DNA of 64,000 bases, taken from Ignavibacteriota bacterium. Its GTDB lineage: Bacteria; Bacteroidota; Ignavibacteria; Palsa-1295. The stretch spans positions 160,001-224,000 of the forward strand of contig CAWBEI010000004.1 of the NCBI GenBank assembly GCA_963787835.1, read 5' to 3'. Made by a program: the position numbers and the translations under genes. Shown here piece by piece: positions 30,101 to 38,958 of this stretch (the first letter of the stretch is position 1; every line of letters starts with the position of its first letter). The notes beneath the pieces are model-generated. The model was given only the letters and a program-made list of their open reading frames with translations, searched no databases and was not told the origin of the DNA.

Positions 30101-30223
30101 ATGCAGGAAGCTGGGACGCATGAGATCACGATCGATGGCTCACAATTGCCAGATGGAGTTTATCTCTATGAGCTGACCGCTGGCAGTAATCGTTATCACG
30201 GTCAACTTGTGATCGTTCGATAA
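27104..30223 (+). CDS. T9SS-secreted protein with three copies of the same uncharacterised domain plus Ig-like modules
   Basis: Signal peptide ending SEA, three LIHYWNF...SGNNR[FY] units, two poly-Pro linkers, CTD VWPNPF...LPDGVYLY. Confidence 0.85.
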   Translation: MRKSLLAAFLFIAIFSISKRSEAQSLIHYWNFNVQPAVADTFPNIPLLKASYSVIDTNKAYIKYQPIAGTSVASDDSAWIDNVAGTTLNAQQGAAAGNSLRVRNPSDAMELRIYMPTTNYQNISVSYALETSSTGSGQGTEAFDYSVDSGVTWKTSALTVNGVTADTLNVAQTLYTNFALVTIGFGSDTTVNNTTKLVLRIKFTKQNTGTSGNNRFDNLAVTGNILSTSISILTQLTGDTLLTGQLIHISYATTGTVSNFRAVDLTDDSGKIWNELGISTQDTFSFVIPKDSSWNCFLEVLDENGIVGKSGRFGIFVTKPLPPPPPPPDTSHKSGASTLIHYWNFNNLSATYKEPNVPKIDADYSVLDTSKAYLQYYLLPGTSSTYGVANGSDNLDNVASADTSNLRLGTVSGQALRVRNPVDSVELRWHIPSTGYANLVVKFAVESSSTTSGDSTQVYSYSVDGGTTWKSTGMTVNGANVDTMDVTDNPLMQGTNWGLVTVTFGSDASVNNNPNLIFRIVCRGNTHLLSGNNRYDDFTLDGTPVGAQTLIHYWNFSALSTKDTVPNVPRLKAFYSVIDTNAATIIDTLQPGTSKYYVGWFDNVAGDTTNHQLGDLTTNALRARNPTDSMEILMRMPSTGYKNLVVQYGLESSSLTSGQLVEVFDYSTDGGNTWKNSSLSVQGLNVDTLDVTNPIFQGTSWGLVTVTFGNDSTVNNNPNLVLRVKFRGNNTGTSGNNRFEHVTLEGVASSSAPPPPPPPVPDSIVVTAPPVGDTLLAGTQTTISYTVTSTTSYTRAIDYSTNGGTTWTSVATGVTSLSYIWTVPSTPASNVLVRVKDTTGVIGMSGKFVIVVPGTVDSVWISSSPVVAGLPTNVEWRATGYLGNTFSLNVYYDGVTPNLLENGSAAASGNYIWSVPDAQIDSVFIRITFASGATGRSAPFNIVVPADVSQGSNAGTEVQVWPNPFRTQATLQYDLVSSENVSLSIHDLVGRDVESIPEGMQEAGTHEITIDGSQLPDGVYLYELTAGSNRYHGQLVIVR

Positions 30224-30241
30224 GACTTATTCAAACGAATC

Positions 30242-30271
30242 AAAAGGCCCATCCGATCGGATGGGCCTTTT
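30242..30271. terminator. Bidirectional intrinsic terminator
   Basis: aaaaggcccatccg-at-cggatgggcctttt between convergent genes. Confidence 0.8.
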
Positions 30272-30370
30272 CTATTTTTATAGAGACCATTTCCTCAGTT
30301 CAGGAATAAAGTGGAAGAACTTCTCGATTCTTATGATTCCTAACGTCTTGCCCAGCCACTTCAAATTTGC

Positions 30371-31474
30371 TTAGTTACCCCAGGTAATATCTGCAGTGTC
30401 AACAACGGTCGTCGGATATGTAGCGACAGGCGAAGGACTGTTATAGAGTGGGCCAAATGCACGTGCATACGTTTTCATTTTTACTTTTCCGCTCTTCATA
30501 ACTGAGACAACGGTGAAACCATAATTTTGGTCAGCTGGAAGGTTACTATCCAGAGTGCTGCCTCCGTTTCCCGGAATGATCATCCAGGGTGTACCAGTTC
30601 CCTTGGGTTGCAGTCGCCGATAGACGTGATTATGCGCGGTGATCATTGCCTCGACATGGTTTGTCGTCATCGCGCTCCAGAGGGCCGTTTGACAGGCCGA
30701 CGTGAGGCTGCTGGAGCCATCATTCTCCCAATTATACGCGGGTTTGTGTCCTAAAGCAAAAATGTGCTTTATTCCTGCGGCTCGTGCAGCAGCGAAGTCT
30801 TGAGCGATCCAATGTACCGGGACAGTCGAACCCTGTCCCGCTGGATCGGTATTTATCGTTACGAAATGTGTGTCATCAAAATTGAATGAGTATGTGAGCC
30901 GGCTTTGATCGGTGGCGAGGTTATCAGCTCCACCAACTCCGGGCCCGTTATTTCCGACAATGTATGGGGCCATTACTTCGAGCCATTTCTGCTCACATAG
31001 GGCGCTTGAGGTGCCATCGTTAAACTCATGATTGCCAGAAACGGCAACTAACTTTATTCCCGATGAAGCGATCGGAGACGATTCATAATACTGACGCCAC
31101 GCCCGCAATTGGGATCCAAGTTTTGAAGTATCCGTCGTTTTACCCAGCACAAGATCGCCGACGACAAAAAGGTACGTAGGTTTAGGGCTGAGGTTCATGA
31201 TGTCAGCGAACGATCTTGCAAGCTGCGGAATGTTGGCGGTGCTTGGAACAGAAGCAGTGTCCCCAGCGGCCAAACGGTTACACCCAAAGACTGCGAAGGA
31301 AAACTCGACCGTATCAACGGTCGGCTGCGGATTTCCTTTGCCTGTTGTATCGGTCGGATTCGGAACAGAATTGGATGTGCTCGAATGGCAGCCACTCTCA
31401 GCCCAAATGAAGAGGGCCGCGAGAAGGCTAACGGTTAGTATTATTCGTGAGTTGTTCGATCGAAGGAACTTCAT
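30371..31474 (-). CDS. Calcineurin-like metallophosphoesterase lipoprotein
   Basis: Lipobox ESGC; GDLV, GNHE, GHKP and AHNH motifs; motif I reads GCNR. Confidence 0.8.
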   Translation of the reverse strand: MKFLRSNNSRIILTVSLLAALFIWAESGCHSSTSNSVPNPTDTTGKGNPQPTVDTVEFSFAVFGCNRLAAGDTASVPSTANIPQLARSFADIMNLSPKPTYLFVVGDLVLGKTTDTSKLGSQLRAWRQYYESSPIASSGIKLVAVSGNHEFNDGTSSALCEQKWLEVMAPYIVGNNGPGVGGADNLATDQSRLTYSFNFDDTHFVTINTDPAGQGSTVPVHWIAQDFAAARAAGIKHIFALGHKPAYNWENDGSSSLTSACQTALWSAMTTNHVEAMITAHNHVYRRLQPKGTGTPWMIIPGNGGSTLDSNLPADQNYGFTVVSVMKSGKVKMKTYARAFGPLYNSPSPVATYPTTVVDTADITWGN

Positions 31475-31480
31475 TCGTTA

Positions 31481-32527
31481 TTAATCTTTCCAGGAAATAT
31501 CTACAGAATCGCGAACAGTGGTGGGGTATTTATCGGCAGGTGCGGCGGCGGAGTAACCTTCCGCAGGCACATCGCGGCCATAACTTTTCAGAATGACCTT
31601 ACCACTTTTCAGAACACTTACAACAATGAAACCAAAATATTGTTTATTAGGCGGCAAGGTTTTTTCGAGCGGTGTTCCGCCATTACCGGAAGTGATCATC
31701 CAGGTCTTCGTGTGATGTGGCTGGAAGCGGTCATAGACGTGGATGTGAGATCCGATCATTGCTTCCGCATGATTTGTTTCCAGCGCATCCCAAAGCTCGC
31801 TTCTGTTGCCAGCAGCCATAGCCATGGTTCCCTGATAACCAAACGCAGGCTTGTGTCCGATCGCGAACAAATGTTTTGCGCCATTTTTACGCGCAGTTGC
31901 AAGGTCATCGGCGATCCAGTGGACTGGCACATGAGCATCCTGACCGACGGGGTCGGTGTTCATGAGTATAAAATGTGTATCGTTCAGATCAAAGGAGTAG
32001 GTGAGTCGGCTTTGGTCGGTAGCCAAACTATCCGGACCTCCTGAATGGGGGCCGTCAGAGCCGTTCAGGAGGGGAGTCATGGTCTCCAACCAGACCCGTT
32101 CTGCCTCGGGAGATGGAACTTTGCCATCAGCGCTGTCAACTTCTGTTTCATGATTACCCGGGATCGCTACAAACTTAATTCCAGCTTTCACAACTGGCGA
32201 GGCTTCCACACGATCACGCCAGATCGAAAAGGCTTGCTTTAGTTTTGTCGTATCGTGTTCGTAACCGAATATTTCATCTCCATTGAAAAAAACGCACGAT
32301 GGTTTGGGGTCGAGCTTCGCAATATCTTCCATCGAACGATCCAATTGAGGGAAATTTATGCCGGCCGGATTGGTTGCGGAGTTGGTATCAGCCTTATCGA
32401 CGCGGCAGTCGCCAAGAACGACGAAGGAATATTGCACCGGGTCGTCGGTTGACTTATTGGAGCATCCTACAAATGCACAGGACACCATCAGGACAACGAG
32501 TGGTGTAATCTTATTATATTGAAACAT
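31481..32527 (-). CDS. Calcineurin-like metallophosphoesterase lipoprotein (paralog)
   Basis: Lipobox FVGC; GDCR, NGDE, GNHE, GHKP, SHIH; shares LATDQSRLTYSF with its neighbour. Confidence 0.85.
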   Translation of the reverse strand: MFQYNKITPLVVLMVSCAFVGCSNKSTDDPVQYSFVVLGDCRVDKADTNSATNPAGINFPQLDRSMEDIAKLDPKPSCVFFNGDEIFGYEHDTTKLKQAFSIWRDRVEASPVVKAGIKFVAIPGNHETEVDSADGKVPSPEAERVWLETMTPLLNGSDGPHSGGPDSLATDQSRLTYSFDLNDTHFILMNTDPVGQDAHVPVHWIADDLATARKNGAKHLFAIGHKPAFGYQGTMAMAAGNRSELWDALETNHAEAMIGSHIHVYDRFQPHHTKTWMITSGNGGTPLEKTLPPNKQYFGFIVVSVLKSGKVILKSYGRDVPAEGYSAAAPADKYPTTVRDSVDISWKD

Positions 32528-32598
32528 TTCTTTTGCGTCGATTTATCGAGATGAACATGTATTTCCGCACTGGTTTTGGAAACACAATTTCACCGATC

Positions 32599-32620
32599 GA
32601 CGATGTTACGAAATGATTAA
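32599..32620 (-). promoter_or_regulatory. Two 11-bp direct repeats upstream of the phosphoesterases
   Basis: Minus strand tTAATcatttc gTAACatcgtc. Confidence 0.45.
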
Positions 32621-32695
32621 ATATGGAAGCGCCTAATGCGGAGTTACGAACGTAGTGATAGGGAGGGTCGTTTTTGTGAAGTCATAATATGAGCG

Positions 32696-33694
32696 ATGAA
32701 TTCTAATTACATTGTCATGATTCTCAAAAAGATACTTGTCCTTTCGTTCGCCGCTTCAATGCTGGCCGCCTGCTCGAAAAATTCCCCGACGGGAACGACG
32801 CCCGATACGACCGCTACTACTCATGTAACAGACACTGGCACTGTCCCTCAATATGGGACGCCTTTGTATGATACAGGCATTTTTTATCCTGGAGTACAGG
32901 TAGGTAAGATCACTAATGTAGTAATGTCAAGCGCTTCCGGTATGGGGGCCAGCAGGTATTATACGGGGATGTTGTGGATCGAGAATGATCAGGGCGGCGG
33001 AACGAACAACATTTACCTCGTCGATAGCACAGGCACTGAACGAGCGGCCTTCAGCGTAACAGGCGCAACCGACCGCGATTGGACCGATATGTCCATGGGA
33101 CCGGGACCCGGCGCAGATACCACATACATTTATCTTGCTGATATTGGTAATAGTAATGCTGTAAGCCGGTACAATTATATTTATCGGTTCCCGGAACCTC
33201 AAACTCCTTTGGGTTCCGGTGTTTTGACTGGGGCAACCGCTCCGGCCACTAAGATAACCTTCCTATATCCCGATGGCCCACGCGATGCAGAGACCATCCT
33301 GCTCGATCCAGTATCGAAAGATATTTATATCGTGGATAAGTTAGGGGCTTCCAATGTGTATGAGCTCCCTTACCCACAAAGCACGGATACCGTTATTATG
33401 GCCACAAAGATCATCCAAGCCATGCCGATACCTGCTGGGCCTTTACGTTCGGGTGGAATTGCCTCCGGCAGAACAGGGATCATCATGAAGACTTACACCT
33501 CAGCTTTTTATTGGACCATCACTCCCGGAGAATCCATCTTCAGCGCCCTGCTTAATACGCCTGTGCAGATTCCCGTTCCGGGCGAAATTCAGGGGGAAGC
33601 AATGTGCTTCACTCCTAACGACGCTGCCTTTTGGACGACGAGCAAGTTCTCAACCGACACGTACGCTCCCCTCGATAGGTGTACTCGAAGATAA
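32696..33694 (+). CDS. Lipoprotein, probable beta-propeller (DWTDM...DIGN...DAE...QGEA family)
   Basis: Lipobox LAAC; ASG, LWIEND, DWTD, IYLADIGN, RDAE and QGEA motifs; function unknown. Confidence 0.6.
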   Translation: MNSNYIVMILKKILVLSFAASMLAACSKNSPTGTTPDTTATTHVTDTGTVPQYGTPLYDTGIFYPGVQVGKITNVVMSSASGMGASRYYTGMLWIENDQGGGTNNIYLVDSTGTERAAFSVTGATDRDWTDMSMGPGPGADTTYIYLADIGNSNAVSRYNYIYRFPEPQTPLGSGVLTGATAPATKITFLYPDGPRDAETILLDPVSKDIYIVDKLGASNVYELPYPQSTDTVIMATKIIQAMPIPAGPLRSGGIASGRTGIIMKTYTSAFYWTITPGESIFSALLNTPVQIPVPGEIQGEAMCFTPNDAAFWTTSKFSTDTYAPLDRCTRR

Positions 33695-33724
33695 TTTATT
33701 TAAGTACATTTCGAATAACTAACA

Positions 33725-33863
33725 GATCCTAAGCGCATGAACGATCATGCGCCTTTCGCGGGGATGACAATCGAAGGAAGGCGCGAAATGGATAGAACGA
33801 CCCACTTGTGTCATTCCAGCGAACTGCCAGCCCTCGACCTGATCGGGGGGGGGGCGGAAATCC
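33725..33863. repeat. REP-like palindromic element (TGTCATTCC / GGATGACA family)
   Basis: cgcggggatgaca...tgtcattccagcg, ccctcgacctgatcgggg, and hairpin gcgcatgaacgatcatgcgc. Confidence 0.55.
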
Positions 33864-33901
33864 TGATTCAGACACATTAGATCTGGCCTGAGTTAAAATC
33901 A

Positions 33902-33936
33902 AAATGCCGAGTGTCCGTAGTGGGCACTCGGCATTT
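33902..33936 (-). terminator. Terminator of the TBDR-lipoprotein operon
   Basis: aaatgccgagtgtcc-gtagt-gggcactcggcattt. Confidence 0.7.
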
Positions 33937-33955
33937 AAGCTCGCGGTAAAGGCGA

Positions 33956-35488
33956 TTACTTGCTGGGGGGTGTGAATGGGGCAGCTTGGTTTCCAGAGCC
34001 GTTCTGTTGGAAGGCTCCGAAGTCTTGTCCAAGTCCAAGAGTAGTAGTATAATCGGCGCCATAAGGGTTGGTTGCGCTCTTGATCGATACTGGTACAGCA
34101 TATTTCTCCGTGGGAAGAGTTGGATACAACGGGACCGCTATGGGCGTGGACGTGCTCGAATACACTGCAGATACGGTGGTTGGTTTGATCGTTCCGGTAT
34201 AGGCCTTGCCAACACACGGGGAACTGGGCATTAAATTGAAATTGCTGGTAAAGCTTGGAATATCGGAAAAGCGACCCGATTGGTTGAACAGCACGTTCTC
34301 CACCGGAACTTGGGCTGAGAATGGATCAGCAAAGGTGAAGCGGGCTGCGGGAACTGCTGTGGCGGGAGTGTAGCCCACGAACATCGGATCGTCGGCGCCC
34401 GTTGCCCAGGTGTGACCGAGATTGTCATGGGGTTTTTTCCATTGAACTCCACCATCGAGTCCGTCGCTACAGAAATGGTCCACCACAGAATCTGTCGCAC
34501 CATAATACCATTGGTAGTCGTAATAGGTATCCGTGGTATCGGCAAGCGGATTCGCGACGAGGCGGAATCCTGTGCGGCAATTCACGATCAAGTTATTATA
34601 CACGGTTCCATAAGCACCCTGCTCGATATCCGTCGAGCCAGCGCGAGCTGTCAGGTTACAGCGCCATCCGCAGGTAACGAATGTGTTATTATAGATGCCT
34701 CCGCCGGTCTGTGGGTTAATGCCGCCTTTATTGGCAAATTTCGCACCATTGGTGCAATTGCCAAGGAAAAGGTTGTAGGCCATATCACCGACTCCGCCAG
34801 ACTTGATGTTCGGACCGTCACCGCTCGTAAGCGAAGCGCACTCGAATACATTACGAACGATCCAAAATTGACCGCTGGTCACGCGAACCGGATCGTCAAC
34901 AGCGCCAGTGATCCAGGAATCTTCCATAATGAAGTTCGCCATTGGATTTTCGAACCATACCGCATATCGTGTGCCACCAGCTCCGTAGATCGGATCGGTT
35001 TGTGAGGCTGTCCCTCCGGCAAATTCAACGTGCGTGTATTTGAGGATAATGTCACCTGAGGTGAGCGAGCCAGCAACTCCGCCCCAGAGCCCAGTGCATA
35101 GGTTCTTGTACTGGCGAAGTGCGGCCGGTGGGGTCAGGAAGATCGGCTTTGCTTGCGTTCCGTCGCAAATAAGCGTCCCGTTAACCTGGAATTCCGGCGT
35201 CCCAGTTTGTGCCGTGGAGGCGCCTGTCACGAGCACGGTAACTCCGGCTGGAATATATAAGGTATCGCCTTTGGGGATGATGACGTCTGCCGGCATGTAG
35301 TAGAAAAGCGTATCAGGGTTCAAGGAGCCTTGTACCGCACCTTTGAGAGTGTCGCCGGTGACGAATGCTCCAACAGCAGGCTTCGGCGGATTTACAACCG
35401 TAAGCCCGGCCGGACTGCTGCACGCTGAGATAACGAGCGGTAGTACTGCCGCTAAAGCTAATTTTAAAACGAAGTTTCGTAGTTTCAT
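33956..35488 (-). CDS. Surface lipoprotein with right-handed beta-helix repeats, partner of the TBDR
   Basis: Lipobox ISAC after MKLRNF; KGDTLYIPAGVTV, GLWGGV, YTHVEFAGG, IYNNTF, VYNNLIV. Confidence 0.7.
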   Translation of the reverse strand: MKLRNFVLKLALAAVLPLVISACSSPAGLTVVNPPKPAVGAFVTGDTLKGAVQGSLNPDTLFYYMPADVIIPKGDTLYIPAGVTVLVTGASTAQTGTPEFQVNGTLICDGTQAKPIFLTPPAALRQYKNLCTGLWGGVAGSLTSGDIILKYTHVEFAGGTASQTDPIYGAGGTRYAVWFENPMANFIMEDSWITGAVDDPVRVTSGQFWIVRNVFECASLTSGDGPNIKSGGVGDMAYNLFLGNCTNGAKFANKGGINPQTGGGIYNNTFVTCGWRCNLTARAGSTDIEQGAYGTVYNNLIVNCRTGFRLVANPLADTTDTYYDYQWYYGATDSVVDHFCSDGLDGGVQWKKPHDNLGHTWATGADDPMFVGYTPATAVPAARFTFADPFSAQVPVENVLFNQSGRFSDIPSFTSNFNLMPSSPCVGKAYTGTIKPTTVSAVYSSTSTPIAVPLYPTLPTEKYAVPVSIKSATNPYGADYTTTLGLGQDFGAFQQNGSGNQAAPFTPPSK

Positions 35489-35601
35489 GGAAGTTATGGA
35501 ATAATGAGTTATGGAAAAAATGGATGTCGCTATCGTGCGTGACGGCCTCATCCCCATCATTGCCGATCTATCGTTACGGATTTATCGGCAGCAATGGCAA
35601 G

Positions 35602-38361
35602 TTACATTCTAAATCGAATACCGAATATATAATTGCGGTCATAAAATTCTCTACGCACGAGAACGTCCTGACCGTTGGTTTGATAACTTATTTGCTCCGG
35701 GGCATACGACGCACTATTGTACGTCTGGTGTATCACTTCCTCGCGCGGAGTATTAAGGATATTCGTCACCTTAACATAGACAGCGAGATCTCCCCAGAGC
35801 CTTTGCTCGCCAGAAAAATCGAGATCGACAAAGCCGGTGGACCACCGGTCGTTATCGTAATATGTCGAGACGACCACGATGGCCGGCCCGGTATAGTTAC
35901 CGCTTAACTGTAGGCTCGTTCCGCTTTCGAAGTCCTTATAGAGTAGTGAGAGATTCCCAATATTAGCCGATTGGTTTTCGAGTGGGCGCGTCTCCTGGGT
36001 GTACGATGTGGTGTTGTTAGTGTATATCTGCTTGGTCGTTGTGATTTGAGAATTGGTATAGGTGTAATTACCTTCTACGCCGAAATTGGAAAAGAATTTC
36101 CGAAAATCTAATTCAAACCCATAATTCGTAGCATCGCCCAAATTTTCTGGCTCGTAATATGGTGTGAATGATTGCACGATCTCCCATTCGATGGGATCGA
36201 CAAGATGTTTGTAAAATACGCCCGCCAGCAATTGGTCCAGACCACCTGGAAAATACTCCCATCGAAGATCGAGATTATCCGCTTGTGTGCGGTTCAAGCT
36301 GTCGTTTGATTGTTCAGTATAATCGTCACCGGGAGTACTCTGGCCTGGAACGAGTTCAAAAAAGTTTGGTCTGCTGATAGATTTGTAGTATGAAAGCCGC
36401 CAGTTTTGATTATCTACCGGAGAATACTTCAAACTAACGGAGGGAAGCATATCAGTGTACGTGATCGTGCCTTGTCTTGCTGGGAGCAAGCTATCAAGGC
36501 TCGTCCATCCAAAATTAGTTTGCTCAACACGAACTCCACCAATGGCAGTGAGATACCCAATGGTAAATTTCGCCTGAAGGAACCCTGCCGTGACATCCTC
36601 GTAGGCATTGTAATTAAGCGCGTTGCCCGATGATCCTTGGGGATTATAAACGTAGAGTGTATCTAAAGAAATATTTCCGTTGTAATACTGTGTCCCACTT
36701 ACGCCCGGGGGTACCCGAATCCCGTAGTCATCATAAGAGCTCGTTCGCTCTTTATTTCTATACATACCGCCATAAGAAAATTCGATCGGTGTGCTGAAAA
36801 GGTCTTCTGTTGATTTTAGGGTTAAGTAGCCGCTCTTGTCCTGATCTACGCTATTAGTCCAGGACCGGTCGCTGTTGGTGATATTGGGAGTACGAACATC
36901 TATGTTGCCAGCGCTATCACGGGTAACGCCTCCATCGAGTTCAAGGTCGGCACGATCAGGCTGGTTCATCGTGGCGCTAGAATAAGCGAGATGCCAATCG
37001 GCTTCGAGGTCTTTTCCAAAAATGCGATCTTCACCAGAAAGTGTCACATTACCGATTCCCTGAGTTTCATTGGTCGTGATGAGCGAGCTTAACACATCGA
37101 TGTCATATACCGAAAAGCCTTTCGACCTGTTTGTATCCCAATCGACTCGCAATTCATTTTTGTGAAGGCTGGCATACATGCCAAAAAGCTGAAAGGTATT
37201 ATTTTCGTCAGCACGGTAATCGATATTAGCCATTCCACCACCACGAGTAAGTTGTGTGTTATACTGCCGGTACTCGATCTCAGAAAGGTAGGGTGTATTG
37301 TCAACCTGATTGACAATAGAATAGAAGAAGTTGGTATTCGCACCTCGGAACGAATTCTGATAGCTTCCAGCGACGATCACACCAAGTTTATCGTCATCGA
37401 AGCGATTTCCATATGTGGCGGAGAGATAGGAAGGGAACGCTGGATTGCCATAGGATGGGCTCCAAGTACTTGCTGGGAAATTTGACATGGTTGCCAGGTA
37501 ATCAGGCCCGTTCAAAACCCGAGGCGATTGGGTATTCGGGTCGTCAACGAAAGATTCAACCTTTCTACCCGAATTAAAAAGCTCATCATACCCGGACCCA
37601 ACTTGGATCGAGGCAACTTCATGATCGGGCGCTTGCTTCATGACGAGGTTCATTGAGCCACCAATGGCATCTCCTTCCATCGTAGGTAGCAAGCTCTTCG
37701 ATACTTCGAGACGGTCCAGCAATTCCGAAGGGAAAATATCAAGTGGTACATAACGGTCTTCATTATCCGGACTCGGTATCTTTATCCCATTGACCGTGGT
37801 GTAGTTATAACGCTTATCCATGCCGCGAATGATAGCATATTCGGCATCTCCGGTTGCAGCGGTTCGCGTCATCGAGACCCCTGAGAGACGTTGCGAAACA
37901 TCTGCCACATCAAGATCGGGAGAAACTTCGATGCTCCGTGCAGCAATTGCATTAATCACATTGTCCGACAGACGAACTGCGACCGTCGCGCTGGCATCGC
38001 TCCCATTTTCGGCTTTGCCGCTAACGGTCACCTCTTTATTTTTCCCTGTATTCCGCTTCAATCCGATGTTTAAGGTTTGATCGGCATCGGTCACGGTGAG
38101 ATTCAGCACTGAATCAAGATATCCAGAATAGCTGATCTTCAATTTGTACTCACCGGGTGCAAGCGTTAATGTGTAACTACCATCGAATCCGGAGACTGCT
38201 CCCGTGTGCCTTCCAACGGCAGCGATCCGAACGCCGGGTAGGGGCTCGTTCGAAATACCGTCTAAGACCTTACCAGATATTGTGCCGGCTACGGCCGATG
38301 CTGTTGGCAGAATAAAAAACAAAAAAAGCAATAAGATACCGCGGGGGCTCAAAACTATCAT
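35602..38361 (-). CDS. TonB-dependent receptor
   Basis: N-terminal carboxypeptidase-like domain, plug IIRGMDKRYN...IFPSELLDRLEVSKS...GDAIGG, NLDLRWEYF, C-terminal YIFGIRFRM. Confidence 0.92.
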   Translation of the reverse strand: MIVLSPRGILLLFLFFILPTASAVAGTISGKVLDGISNEPLPGVRIAAVGRHTGAVSGFDGSYTLTLAPGEYKLKISYSGYLDSVLNLTVTDADQTLNIGLKRNTGKNKEVTVSGKAENGSDASATVAVRLSDNVINAIAARSIEVSPDLDVADVSQRLSGVSMTRTAATGDAEYAIIRGMDKRYNYTTVNGIKIPSPDNEDRYVPLDIFPSELLDRLEVSKSLLPTMEGDAIGGSMNLVMKQAPDHEVASIQVGSGYDELFNSGRKVESFVDDPNTQSPRVLNGPDYLATMSNFPASTWSPSYGNPAFPSYLSATYGNRFDDDKLGVIVAGSYQNSFRGANTNFFYSIVNQVDNTPYLSEIEYRQYNTQLTRGGGMANIDYRADENNTFQLFGMYASLHKNELRVDWDTNRSKGFSVYDIDVLSSLITTNETQGIGNVTLSGEDRIFGKDLEADWHLAYSSATMNQPDRADLELDGGVTRDSAGNIDVRTPNITNSDRSWTNSVDQDKSGYLTLKSTEDLFSTPIEFSYGGMYRNKERTSSYDDYGIRVPPGVSGTQYYNGNISLDTLYVYNPQGSSGNALNYNAYEDVTAGFLQAKFTIGYLTAIGGVRVEQTNFGWTSLDSLLPARQGTITYTDMLPSVSLKYSPVDNQNWRLSYYKSISRPNFFELVPGQSTPGDDYTEQSNDSLNRTQADNLDLRWEYFPGGLDQLLAGVFYKHLVDPIEWEIVQSFTPYYEPENLGDATNYGFELDFRKFFSNFGVEGNYTYTNSQITTTKQIYTNNTTSYTQETRPLENQSANIGNLSLLYKDFESGTSLQLSGNYTGPAIVVVSTYYDNDRWSTGFVDLDFSGEQRLWGDLAVYVKVTNILNTPREEVIHQTYNSASYAPEQISYQTNGQDVLVRREFYDRNYIFGIRFRM

Positions 38362-38507
38362 TAAATCGTACGGGGAAGGTTATGATTATTCGAATTTCGA
38401 ATCCTAAAAAAGATGCAAGCCGACAAAATGCAATGAATTTATAAAGACGCTATCTTACATAAGCGCAACGGAATAGCGCTCTCGTTCTAAGCATCACACC
38501 TTTTTTA

Positions 38508-38574
38508 CAAAATTAGAGAGTTCATGTTTTCGAATGATTAATCATTCGTCACTCAATTGTTATCAAATGGTTGC
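38508..38574 (-). promoter_or_regulatory. Four to five 11-bp direct repeats plus TAnnTTTG box upstream of the TBDR
   Basis: Minus strand gCAACcatttg aTAACaattga gTGACgaatga tTAATcattcg aAAACatgaac, then TAATTTTG (38515-38508). Confidence 0.65.
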
Positions 38575-38768
38575 CGATGGACTCAGGCTCCAAATTCGTT
38601 AAATTAAGGCGATTTCAATTCGGTGTCAAACGCCTTGTTAAAAAAACCAGAATATCCGTTTTGAGTGAAAAACGAACGGATAACTAAGATTTATTTCAAT
38701 GAGATCTCAACTATTCTTATGAAACACAATGGAACATTGGAGTCAAGGCTTCGCTCAATCTGATTCTG

Positions 38769-38840
38769 CTGCCTCGCTAGGATTCGAACCTAGAACCTAC
38801 TGCTCCAGAGGCAGCCGCCATACCATTAGGCCACGAGGCA
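38769..38840 (-). tRNA. tRNA-Gln(CTG)
   Basis: Acceptor stem TGCCTCG/CGAGGCA, D-loop TAATGG, anticodon arm GCTGC-ctCTGga-GCAGT, T-arm CTAGG-TTCGAAT-CCTAG; CCA not encoded. Confidence 0.93.
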
Positions 38841-38958
38841 ATTCCTGAAAATAGTGAAGAATATCATCACTATTCAAATCCGTTAACTCTCAAGAGGACT
38901 TTTGGGTTTCGCGGTTGAAATGAAGTCTGTTAGAAAGCAAAATTGAAGGCCAAAGTGA

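Noticed and set aside
33845-33854. G10 tract as a phase-variation switch
   Set aside because: Lies between convergent genes inside a REP-like element, with no promoter or CDS to switch
38396-38840. tRNA-Gln as integration site for the 25-38 kb island
   Set aside because: No integrase and no direct repeat of the tRNA 3' end; ttcgaatccta at 38396 is short and inverted
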